NCBI GenBank assembly: GCA_041662665.1
Contig: JBAZSC010000001.1
Coordinates: 321,511 to 385,510, forward strand
Source: Patescibacteria group bacterium
GTDB lineage: Bacteria; Patescibacteriota; JABMPQ01; JAQVVF01
DNA: 64,000 nt
Direction of reading: 5' to 3'
Shown here in pieces: positions 53,774 through 62,323 of the stretch. Made by a program: the position numbers and the translations under genes. The notes under the pieces were generated by a model. That model did not search any database and was not told the DNA's origin. It saw nothing but the letters and a program-made list of their open reading frames with translations. The first letter of the stretch is position 1, and each line of letters opens with the position of its first letter.

Positions 53774-53929
53774 ATGCCACAAGATAATCTCATTAAATTA
53801 GAATGCACTGTTTGCAAGAGCATTAATTATTATTCTCGCAAGAACAAAAAAGTTCTTAAAAATAAAATTGAGATCAAAAAATTCTGCAAGAAATGCAAGA
53901 AACATACTCTACACAAAGAGACTAAATAA
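53774..53929 (+). CDS. rpmG: 50S ribosomal protein L33
   Basis: Below the ORF-track cut-off. It translates to MPQDNLIKLECTVCKSINYYSRKNKKVLKNKIEIKKFCKKCKKHTLHKETK, a typical Zn-ribbon L33. Confidence 0.9.
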   Translation: MPQDNLIKLECTVCKSINYYSRKNKKVLKNKIEIKKFCKKCKKHTLHKETK

Positions 53930-54043
53930 CAAATTCCAAATTCCAAACAAATCCCAAATTACAAAAAACAAACCAATAAAACAATTTTGTAGTTTGTGAT
54001 TTGTAATTTGTTTGTGTTTTTGGGATTTGGGATTTTAACACAA

Positions 54044-54114
54044 GGGGATGTAGTTAAATGGTATAACTGCGGTCTCCAAAACCGCTGTCGAGGGTTCGAT
54101 TCCTTCCATCCCCG
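54044..54114 (+). tRNA. tRNA-Trp(CCA)
   Basis: Acceptor GGGGATG/CATCCCC, anticodon loop CTCCAAA, and T-loop TTCGATT. The usual rpmG-tRNA-Trp neighbourhood is present. Confidence 0.9.
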
Positions 54115-54138
54115 TTCTATTTATGCTACAATATTAAT

Positions 54139-54328
54139 ATGAGCACAAATAGTCGGGAAAATTTTTTAAAGATCTATGCCAATATACCATTGAGTATTAG
54201 GCAAGAGATTGTTATAACTTTAGATGATAAGCCAATCACATGGGATGTGGCTTTTTTTTGAGATTCAAAATAGTACTAAGAAAAGCAAAATAATTTTAGA
54301 AAAATTAGAATTATTAGAAATTATTTAA
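54139..54328 (+). pseudogene. Small ORF split by a frameshift at a T8 homopolymer
   Basis: MSTNSRENFLKIYANIPLSIRQEIVITLDDKPITWDVAFF stops at the TGA at 54259. With T7 instead of T8 (54252-54259) it would continue EIQNSTKKSKIILEKLELLEII to the TAA at 54326. Confidence 0.4.
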
Positions 54329-54337
54329 GATAATAAT

Positions 54338-54616
54338 ATGAAAAATAACGACACTTTAATTAAAAAAGCTGATGTTCAAAAAATCGCTGACAACGGAACA
54401 AGAATTTACGAAAAAGTAAAAACAGAATATGATCCAAAAGAAAAAGGAAAATTTTTAGCAATTGATATTGATAGCAAAAAATTATATTTAGGAAAAACAA
54501 GCATTGAGGCAGTTGAAAAGGCAAAGCAAGTACATCCAAACAAAGTTTTTTTTGTTGTTAAAATAGGCTACGATACCGTAGAATCAATGGCAAGATTATT
54601 TTCTAAAACAAAATAA
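54338..54616 (+). CDS. Small protein of the type found paired with retropepsin-like proteases (DUF5678-like; tentative)
   Basis: 92 aa. Its stop codon is 2 nt before the start of the protease-like gene. The family name is from memory and unverified. Confidence 0.4.
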   Translation: MKNNDTLIKKADVQKIADNGTRIYEKVKTEYDPKEKGKFLAIDIDSKKLYLGKTSIEAVEKAKQVHPNKVFFVVKIGYDTVESMARLFSKTK

Positions 54617-54618
54617 AA

Positions 54619-54987
54619 ATGATTAAGGGAATTTTTATTGAAAATACGCCTTTCATTAAAATTATTATTGGCTGGGAACAATCAATACAAACGCCTTTTG
54701 CAATACTTGATACAGGATTTACCGGTGATTTACAAGTTACTCCAAAAATTGCCAAAGAATTAGGATTAGAAGTAATTGAAGTTATCAAGATGCAAATGGC
54801 AAACGGACAAATTGTTGAAATTCCAGCTGCTCATGCCGTAGTTGTAATGGAAGGCAAAAAGGAATTAGTTCAAGTTTTAATTTCTGAAAATCTGCCTTTA
54901 ATTGGCATCAGCTTATTATCGAAATTTAAGTACAAAGCTATTCTAAATTGCAAACATAAAACAGTTGAATTAGAAAAAGCTAAATAA
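54619..54987 (+). CDS. Retropepsin-like (clan AA) aspartic protease
   Basis: ILDTGFTGDL contains the D-T-G active-site motif, and the protein is about 120 aa. Confidence 0.65.
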   Translation: MIKGIFIENTPFIKIIIGWEQSIQTPFAILDTGFTGDLQVTPKIAKELGLEVIEVIKMQMANGQIVEIPAAHAVVVMEGKKELVQVLISENLPLIGISLLSKFKYKAILNCKHKTVELEKAK

Positions 54988-55006
54988 ATTTCAATAAAAC
55001 AAAAAA

Positions 55007-55372
55007 ATGACAAAAGAAGACATAAAAGAAATGCGTAAGATAGTTTCTGAAACAACTGGAAAATTAATTAAGGATTCAGAAGAAAGAATGGAGAAAAAAA
55101 TGCGCATAGTTTTTTGCGAAGGCGCAGAAAAATTGATTTTGCCAAGTGTTAAAAGTATGATTAAAGATTCAGAAAATAAAATAGATCTTAAGTTGGAAAA
55201 ACAAAAAAAAGAAATTGTGCATGAATTACAAGATAGCAATGATGCTTTGGCTAAAGAAGTAAAAGATTTCAGAGAAGAACAGGCTTCGAAGAGTTATGTT
55301 TTGGAACAATTAGACGAAAAATATATTGATCATGAAAAGCGCATTATCGTTTTGGAAGAAAAAACAGCTTAA
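55007..55372 (+). CDS. Hypothetical coiled-coil protein
   Basis: 121-aa K/E-rich ORF. Confidence 0.5.
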   Translation: MTKEDIKEMRKIVSETTGKLIKDSEERMEKKMRIVFCEGAEKLILPSVKSMIKDSENKIDLKLEKQKKEIVHELQDSNDALAKEVKDFREEQASKSYVLEQLDEKYIDHEKRIIVLEEKTA

Positions 55373-55391
55373 ATTTTAATATAAAACAAAA

Positions 55392-56783
55392 ATGACAAAA
55401 AAATTATCAACAATTTTAGCGCTAATTTTCGGGCTATTTTTTTTGTTTCAAAATTCTCATGCAGCTAATCCTTGGCCAGCTGGAACTGGCACTGATATTG
55501 GCACAAATTTACCGCCAGACCCTATAGTTTATGAACCAAGCGGTCTTGCGTGGCAAAGCAGATTAGGTACTTTGTTTGTCGTAGGCGATTCAGGCAATAT
55601 TACAGAAATGACTAACGATGGCAGTATTTTACATAATTGGTATTATGGCAGCGCCTTTGATTTAGAAGGCATCGCCGTTGCCAATCCAGATTCTAATTAT
55701 GTTTATGTCGGTCGTGAAGATAATCGCACAATTTATGAATTTGATTTAAATACTTGGCAATTATCTGGAAAATCTTGGGATTTGTCATCTTGGATGCCGG
55801 ATATTCCAAATCAAGGCTTAGAGGCATTAACATATGTTCCAAATGGGGATCATCCATATTCTAATTCTGCTTCAGGTGGTTTATTTTACGCCGGTCATCA
55901 AAGTGATGGCAAAATTTATGTTTTTGATGTCAATTTAAGTGCTAGCGGTTCAGTCAATTTTATCAGCACAATTACTCCTCAAGCTGGAACAACAGATTTA
56001 TCAGGTCTTGATTTTGAGCCATCAACCCAAATTTTATATGCCATTTTTGATAGTTCAGATTTATTAGTAGAAATGCAAGCAAATGGCACAGTTTTAAATA
56101 GCTATAATGTGCCAGGAACAGCACAAGAGGGAATTTCTGTACAACCAAATTGTCCAAACACAACTACAAATATTTATTTAGCAGAAGATGCTACTCCACA
56201 GATTTTTAAATATTCAAATTATCCAAATTATTATCAAAATTGTACACAAGTTATTGAAGAGGAAGAAAGACAACAAGAAGAAGAGAATCTTCAAGACGAT
56301 TCAAGAATAACTTTAGTGCAAGCTTTAAATGGCTATACTTTAACTGGTCAAAAATTAATAATTTATTTCAAGAATTTACCAAGCAATTTAACAAAAGATT
56401 CAGCCTATTGGATGAAATGGACACAATATAATAAATATCCTCCAAAATGGATTAATAAAGAAAATAAGACTCTAAAAAGATATTGGCGTCTTGAAACAAA
56501 TCTCAAAAATTACGTTCCAGCTGATTCTACACAAAAATATAAGATTCAAGTTACTTTTAAATATAATAAAAAGCTTTATAATAATTTAAAGAAAAAACAA
56601 AGTGATCTAAAAAAATCAGATTTAATTTTAAAATTTAGAACAAAAAAAACAGAATGGAAAAAATTAACTAAATACTGGAAGAACACAAAAATTGTTCACG
56701 TCAAAAATAAAAGACAAATTAAAGTTAAATATTTTACGAAATTCAAAAAGACAAATTACTATTTCGGCATTGGCGTTGAATAG
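55392..56783 (+). CDS. Secreted beta-propeller-like protein (SdiA-regulated/YjiK-like N-terminal domain) with a Lys-rich C-terminus
   Basis: A signal peptide (FGLFFLFQNSHA), then YEPSGLAW...LFVVGDSG...DLEGIAV. Confidence 0.55.
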   Translation: MTKKLSTILALIFGLFFLFQNSHAANPWPAGTGTDIGTNLPPDPIVYEPSGLAWQSRLGTLFVVGDSGNITEMTNDGSILHNWYYGSAFDLEGIAVANPDSNYVYVGREDNRTIYEFDLNTWQLSGKSWDLSSWMPDIPNQGLEALTYVPNGDHPYSNSASGGLFYAGHQSDGKIYVFDVNLSASGSVNFISTITPQAGTTDLSGLDFEPSTQILYAIFDSSDLLVEMQANGTVLNSYNVPGTAQEGISVQPNCPNTTTNIYLAEDATPQIFKYSNYPNYYQNCTQVIEEEERQQEEENLQDDSRITLVQALNGYTLTGQKLIIYFKNLPSNLTKDSAYWMKWTQYNKYPPKWINKENKTLKRYWRLETNLKNYVPADSTQKYKIQVTFKYNKKLYNNLKKKQSDLKKSDLILKFRTKKTEWKKLTKYWKNTKIVHVKNKRQIKVKYFTKFKKTNYYFGIGVE

Positions 56784-56954
56784 TTTTTTTACGAGAATTA
56801 TGAATAATGAATCAGGAATCATGACTTGAATAATGAGTAATGAATTTAGAATTCGATATTCTTAATTCATGCTTCAAATCATGATTCATAATTCGTTATT
56901 CATAATTCTTTTTTGATTGACTTTATTTTAATCTCAGAATAAACTATACCAGTT

Positions 56955-58148
56955 ATGACAAGAAAACCAGAAATAATGAGCCCAATTCGCGATTTTGCCT
57001 CACTAGCCGCCTGCAAAAATTATGCAGATGCAGTCTATTTTGGCATCTCTGATAGTCTAAGCATGCGCGCTCATTCAGGTATTAAGATAGGCTATATGGC
57101 TAAATTCATTAAAAAATGCCACTCCTTTAAGATCAAGGCCTATCTAACAATTAATAGCGCTATCTATAATAACGATTTAACTAGAGCAGAAAAACTGATA
57201 AAAAAGGCTAAGGCATCAAAAATAGATGCCATTATCATCTGGGATTTGAGTTTAATTGAAATAGCTAAAAAATACCGCCTACCTTTTTTCATCTCAACTC
57301 AAGCCAATATTTGTAATTTTAAAACAGCCCAATTTTACCAAAAATTAGGCGCCAAAAGAATCGTTTTAGCGAGAGAAATGTCTTTAAAACAAATTAAAGA
57401 ATTAAGAAAAAAAGTTAAAATTGAAATAGAAACATTTGTTCATGGCGCAATGTGTTTGGCAATTTCTGGACGCTGTATTCTATCAAGCTATTTATATGAC
57501 ACATCTGCAAATTGCGGAGCCTGTGCACAGCCTTGCCGTAAAGAATGGATTTTGCAAGATTCAGAAGGAAACAAATTAGTTAATCAAGGCCAATATTTTA
57601 TGTCTGCCAAAGATTTGTGCATGATTAAATATGTTCCAGAATTAATTAAAGCAGGTATAGATTCATTTAAGATTGAAGGCAGACGCAGAGATCCAAGATA
57701 TATTGAAGTTACTTCTCGCTGTTATAAAGAAGCAGTTGATTCATATTTTGATAAAACCTTTAGCTTAGAAAAAGTAAAAAAATGGCAATCAGAATTAAAT
57801 ACTGTTTATAATCGAGGCTATTCAACTGGTTTTTATTTTAGCAAACCAGATAAGTCAGGCATTAGTTATGAAAAAGCTGATAATGCAAGCATTGTTAAAA
57901 AAGTTTTAATTGGCTATGTCACAAATTATTATGCTAATATAAATGTTGCTGAAATTGATTTAAAACATCATTCGCTAAAAATTGGTGATAAAATTTTAGT
58001 AGAAGGCAAGACTTCTTTCTTTGAACTAAAAATTAGTTCACTTGAAAATAATCATCATAAAATTCAGAAAGCTAAAAAAGGCGAAATTGTCGCTGTTAAA
58101 ATGGATAAGAGAGTAAGAAAAAATGACAAAATTTTTATTTTAGAATAA
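56955..58148 (+). CDS. Peptidase U32 family protein (PrtC/TrhP-like)
   Basis: PEIMSPIRDF...ADAVYFG, FVHGAMCLAISGRCILSSY and CAQPCR motifs. Confidence 0.8.
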   Translation: MTRKPEIMSPIRDFASLAACKNYADAVYFGISDSLSMRAHSGIKIGYMAKFIKKCHSFKIKAYLTINSAIYNNDLTRAEKLIKKAKASKIDAIIIWDLSLIEIAKKYRLPFFISTQANICNFKTAQFYQKLGAKRIVLAREMSLKQIKELRKKVKIEIETFVHGAMCLAISGRCILSSYLYDTSANCGACAQPCRKEWILQDSEGNKLVNQGQYFMSAKDLCMIKYVPELIKAGIDSFKIEGRRRDPRYIEVTSRCYKEAVDSYFDKTFSLEKVKKWQSELNTVYNRGYSTGFYFSKPDKSGISYEKADNASIVKKVLIGYVTNYYANINVAEIDLKHHSLKIGDKILVEGKTSFFELKISSLENNHHKIQKAKKGEIVAVKMDKRVRKNDKIFILE

Positions 58149-58150
58149 TT

Positions 58151-58226
58151 TGTCATTCTGAGCGAAGCGAAGAATCCCATTAATGAGCAATATAATCATG
58201 GGATCCTTCGCTTCGCTCAGGATGAC
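58151..58226. repeat. GTCATYCTGAG-family hairpin repeat
   Basis: tgtcattctgagcgaagcgaagaatcccat ... atgggatccttcgcttcgctcaggatgac. The arms are nearly perfectly complementary. Confidence 0.85.
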
Positions 58227-58286
58227 CGTAATAAAAAGGTCGAACCTTACACAAATTCCCCCGTAGAAAAAAAGGAGGGACGAGCA

Positions 58287-58592
58287 ATGGAGGGAATCAA
58301 TAACAGATATGTATTGATGGCTCTAATTGCCGATCCATACAATTCATCATATGGCAAAGCATTGAAGTCAGGTTTAGAAATTGAATTTCAGCTTTGGGAC
58401 GGTCGAATTATTTCAGTTAGCAATTTCAAAGAAGAGGGAAAAATTCCTGATTTTCGCACTTCAAACTATTGGTTTCCTGACCACATTGTTGTGCCATTGA
58501 TGGACAAGCTCATTATCGAAAATCGTTCCTTTGTTCTGAGTGCTGGACGCGGCGATTTGCGTTGTACTATTATTTGGCAGGTCAAGAGTTGA
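58287..58592 (+). CDS. Small hypothetical protein, paralog a; SD-led
   Basis: The SD aAAGGAGGgacgagca precedes the ATG. It shares LQLWDGRII and C..T(I/V)IW(Q/E)(V/F)K with the next ORF. Confidence 0.6.
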   Translation: MEGINNRYVLMALIADPYNSSYGKALKSGLEIEFQLWDGRIISVSNFKEEGKIPDFRTSNYWFPDHIVVPLMDKLIIENRSFVLSAGRGDLRCTIIWQVKS

Positions 58593-58622
58593 GCAAGTTT
58601 TCCACATACAAAGGAGTGAGAA

Positions 58623-58931
58623 ATGCTGATAAAAATGAAAGACAAGAAGGATCTGGCCTCATGGATTGTATTTCATCATGAATATCAAATAGATATAGAT
58701 AAAACTGATGAATTACAGCTTTGGGATGGTAGGATTATAGTAGGCAGACTTTTACCAGAGAATCCAGAAAAAGTTGACCTTTGGATAGAAAGAAACAACG
58801 TGCGTAGCAAGAGAAAGCTATTTAATCAACTTCTCGATCGATTGCTAAGCTCCAGATCTTCTTTTACAATCCAATGTGAAAATATTTTGAAGGTGTGCAG
58901 GTTTACTGTTATTTGGGAATTCAAAAAATAA
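58623..58931 (+). CDS. Small hypothetical protein, paralog b; SD-led
   Basis: The SD cAAAGGAGtgagaa precedes the ATG. The terminator aaggct...agcctt plus T-run follows. Confidence 0.6.
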   Translation: MLIKMKDKKDLASWIVFHHEYQIDIDKTDELQLWDGRIIVGRLLPENPEKVDLWIERNNVRSKRKLFNQLLDRLLSSRSSFTIQCENILKVCRFTVIWEFKK

Positions 58932-59016
58932 TTAAATGTACTTTTGTATCTAAGGCTTGATCATTTTTGATAGCCTTTTTTATTTACGCAAAGTAAAATT
59001 TAAGGTAAAATAACAC

Positions 59017-59092
59017 TGTCATCCTGAGCCACAGCGAAGGATCCCGTTAATGAACAATGGTCTCGAGATTCTTCACTGCGGTTCAGAATGAC
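59017..59092. repeat. GTCATYCTGAG-family hairpin repeat
   Basis: tgtcatcctgagccacagcgaaggatcccg ... cgagattcttcactgcggttcagaatgac. The two arms differ from perfect complementarity only by transition-type changes. Confidence 0.8.
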
Positions 59093-59106
59093 GGATTATA
59101 AATATC

Positions 59107-60573
59107 ATGAATCAAAATCCTACAGAAAATTTAAAAAAATATTTAGATTTAGCGAGAAAATCAAAAACTTTTGAATTTCTTAATATCTTAATATCAGAAT
59201 ATCCGAAGGCTAGTATCTATTTAGTCGGTGGTTTTGTGCGTGACCAAATTTTAGGTTTAGAATCCAAAGATTTAGATTTTGTTGTTACAAAAATTAAGGC
59301 AGATGATCTGAAAAAATTTTTAGGAAAATATGGTTCTGTAGAATTAGTCGGTGCTTCGTTTGGTGTTTTTAAATTTGTGCCAAAAGAATCAGAATTTATG
59401 AATCAGAAAATGGAAGCTTTTGATATTGCTCTTCCTCGAACAGAAAAATCTTTAGGAACTGGCGCATATCGAGATTTTGATGTCCAATCAGATCCAGAAT
59501 TGCCAATAGATGTTGATTTATCAAGACGCGATTTGACAATCAATGCCATTGCTTATGATATCAAAAATGATTCTATAGTTGATCCATATTTTGGTCAAAA
59601 AGATTTAGCTAATAAAATAATCAAAGCAGTTGGCGAGCCAAAACAAAGATTCCAAGAAGATTATTCCAGAATTTTAAGGGCAATAAGATTTGCTCTAAAA
59701 TTTAATTTTCAAATTGAAGATAATACTTGGCAAGCAATTAAAGATGACGCTCCAAAAATTTTAGATGCAGTTCCATTTGAAACAATTTCTAAAGAATTAT
59801 TGAAATCTTTAGACGCAAATCCAGTTAGATTTTTAGATCTTTATGATCAAAGCAAATTATTAAATATAATTTTGCCAGAAGTAGAAGAATGCAAAGGTGT
59901 TATTCAGCCAAAAGAATTTCATGAAGAAGGCGATGTTTATGAACATACAAAATTAGCGTTAACTTTTATTCCCAAAAATTCTACTGTCAGATTTAAACTA
60001 GCAACTTTATTGCATGACATTGGCAAACCAAGCACAACTAAAACTCCAGAAAAAGATGGTGTTGAAAGAGTGCGCTCTGACGAACATGCCGAAGTCGGTG
60101 CAGAAATTACTGGCTATATATGCAATCGCTTAAAATTGCCAAATAATTTATCAAACGAAATAGTTTGGCTGGTAAAATACCACATGTTTTTTGTTTCAGG
60201 AAAAGTTGAAGATATGCGTCCAAACACAATCAAAAAATATTTTATTGATAATCCAAAATTAGGTGATGAACTTTTGGATTTATATTATGTTGATACAAAG
60301 GCATCATTTGGTCCAACTCAAGAAAAAAATTTAGCAAGAATTACTGAAGTTCGCGATTATATTAATAATATGCGTGAACAATTTAGAAAATCAGAAATAA
60401 AAACTTTCCGACATGTTATCGATGGACAAGATATTATGAAAGAATTTAATTTAAAACCTGGAAAAGAAATTGGAGAATATTTGGAAAAAGCAGATAAATT
60501 TATTTTGGAATTTGTTACCAAAAATGGGGAAGAGCCTAGTAAAGAAGAAGTCCTAAAAAGTCTAAAATCCTAA
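59107..60573 (+). CDS. cca: CCA-adding enzyme / tRNA nucleotidyltransferase with HD domain
   Basis: YLVGGFVRDQILGLESKDLDF, RRDLTINAIAY and LLHDIGKP. Confidence 0.8.
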   Translation: MNQNPTENLKKYLDLARKSKTFEFLNILISEYPKASIYLVGGFVRDQILGLESKDLDFVVTKIKADDLKKFLGKYGSVELVGASFGVFKFVPKESEFMNQKMEAFDIALPRTEKSLGTGAYRDFDVQSDPELPIDVDLSRRDLTINAIAYDIKNDSIVDPYFGQKDLANKIIKAVGEPKQRFQEDYSRILRAIRFALKFNFQIEDNTWQAIKDDAPKILDAVPFETISKELLKSLDANPVRFLDLYDQSKLLNIILPEVEECKGVIQPKEFHEEGDVYEHTKLALTFIPKNSTVRFKLATLLHDIGKPSTTKTPEKDGVERVRSDEHAEVGAEITGYICNRLKLPNNLSNEIVWLVKYHMFFVSGKVEDMRPNTIKKYFIDNPKLGDELLDLYYVDTKASFGPTQEKNLARITEVRDYINNMREQFRKSEIKTFRHVIDGQDIMKEFNLKPGKEIGEYLEKADKFILEFVTKNGEEPSKEEVLKSLKS

Positions 60574-60702
60574 ATTCTAAATCCTAAACAAATTCAAATG
60601 ACTAAAATCAAAATGATCAAAAGTCGATTTGAAATTTAGTATTTGAATTTTTAATTTGTTTAGAGTTTAGGATTTAGTGCTTTGAGTTTTAATTAAAAAA
60701 AT

Positions 60703-61611
60703 ATGTTATACGATTTAATTATAATTGGTGCCGGACCAGCAGGTTACACATCAGCAATTTACGCAGCTAGATACAAAATCAATACTTTAGTTTTGGCAAA
60801 AGAAATCGGTGGTCTAGCAATGTCTGCTCCGAAAGTAGAGAACTGGCCAGGTGTTTTAGGAAAAACAGGAATTGAATTAATGGCTGATTTTAAAAAACAC
60901 GTTGAGCATTATGGTGTTAAAATTTTAATGGAAGAAATTTCAGATATTAAAAAAGAAAATAATCTTTTCACAATTTTAACAGAAACTCAACATTATCAAG
61001 CAAAGTCAATAATCTTAGCGCTAGGTTCAGAAAGACGAAAATTAAATATTCCTGGCGAAAAAGAATTAACTGGCAAAGGTGTTGCTTATTGCGCCACTTG
61101 TGATGCAATTTTCTGCAAAAATAAAATCATTGCAGTAGTTGGTGGTGGAAATTCAGCTGCTGTTTCAGCATTACTTTTATCTGAATATGTGAGCAAAGTT
61201 TACATGATTTATCGTAAATCAAAATTAAAAGCCGAACCAATATGGGTTGACCAGATTTTAAAAAATAAAAAAATAGAAATTATATATAATGCAAATGTAA
61301 TTGAAGCAAAGGGTGAAAAATTTTTAGAAAAAATTGTTTTAGACAATAAAAAAGAATTACAAGTTGGCGGATTATTTATAGAAATTGGAGCTAAACCTCA
61401 AACAGAATTAGCAAAATGTTTAAATGTTAAATTAGATAAAAATAATTTAATCATTATTGATCAAGCTTGCAAAACAAATGTTGACGGCGTATTTGCAGCT
61501 GGCGATATTACAACTGGCTCAAATGAATTAAAACAAATTGTAACTGCAGCATCCGAAGGTGCAATTTCCGCTACATCAGTTTATGAATACTTAAAGGCGA
61601 GTAACAAGTAA
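60703..61611 (+). CDS. trxB: Thioredoxin-disulfide reductase
   Basis: IIGAGPAGYTSAIYAAR, the redox-active CATCD motif, and GGGNSA. Confidence 0.9.
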   Translation: MLYDLIIIGAGPAGYTSAIYAARYKINTLVLAKEIGGLAMSAPKVENWPGVLGKTGIELMADFKKHVEHYGVKILMEEISDIKKENNLFTILTETQHYQAKSIILALGSERRKLNIPGEKELTGKGVAYCATCDAIFCKNKIIAVVGGGNSAAVSALLLSEYVSKVYMIYRKSKLKAEPIWVDQILKNKKIEIIYNANVIEAKGEKFLEKIVLDNKKELQVGGLFIEIGAKPQTELAKCLNVKLDKNNLIIIDQACKTNVDGVFAAGDITTGSNELKQIVTAASEGAISATSVYEYLKASNK

Positions 61612-61659
61612 CTAGTAACAAGTAACTAGGATGAGATAATACTGTCATTTAGTTTTTTA

Positions 61660-61688
61660 TCGACAAAAATATTATTTTGTAATATATT
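61660..61688 (+). promoter_or_regulatory. Putative promoter of an SD-led cassette
   Basis: TCGACA (61660-61665), a 17-nt spacer, then TATATT (61683-61688). Confidence 0.4.
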
Positions 61689-61730
61689 TATATATCGTAC
61701 TTTTTGATCGAGCCAAAGGAGGAGGAGAAA

Positions 61731-62111
61731 ATGGAAGAACGAATAACACAAAGTCTAGTAAAAACATGTTCTCTCTGTTTAAATAATTTTGCAGATTTGG
61801 TGGAAGTTTCAAAGATAGCCGGCTATGATTTTATGCTTCCAGATGATAAAGAAAAACATGTTATTGGTTTGATTCCAGATTGTGTAACTTATTTAGTTTT
61901 CATTCTCACAGAAGGAAAGTTCGAACTCAAGTCTGCAAATCAGATCTTCTCATCTCGTGGATTAGATTTTGTCGCAAGTGTAATGGAACGATTTGCCGGA
62001 GATTTTCATATCATTTATATCAAAGACAGCAGTTTCATTTACGAATTAAAGATTGAAAAAGGCAAAAGAACAGTTGAAAGAAGAGTCGAATTAGATGAGT
62101 TCCTTCATTAG
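61731..62111 (+). CDS. Hypothetical protein, 126 aa; SD-led cassette gene
   Basis: Start reassigned to MEERITQ, preceded by cAAAGGAGGAGGAGaaa. The terminator agatgattaatttcatct plus T-run follows. Confidence 0.55.
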   Translation: MEERITQSLVKTCSLCLNNFADLVEVSKIAGYDFMLPDDKEKHVIGLIPDCVTYLVFILTEGKFELKSANQIFSSRGLDFVASVMERFAGDFHIIYIKDSSFIYELKIEKGKRTVERRVELDEFLH

Positions 62112-62323
62112 ATGATTAATTTCATCTTTTTTTATTTCTTGTCTCAATCCGTCAAATTTGGTAAAATAACTATATAAAAATTCAATAAACAAATTCCAAA
62201 TCCTAAACAATTTACAAATTACAAAACACAAAATATCTTTGTAATTTGATTAAAAAAATTGTATTCCAATTTTTTTAATTGTGGTTTGTTTGGAATTTGA
62301 GATTTGTAATTTAATTTAACTTT

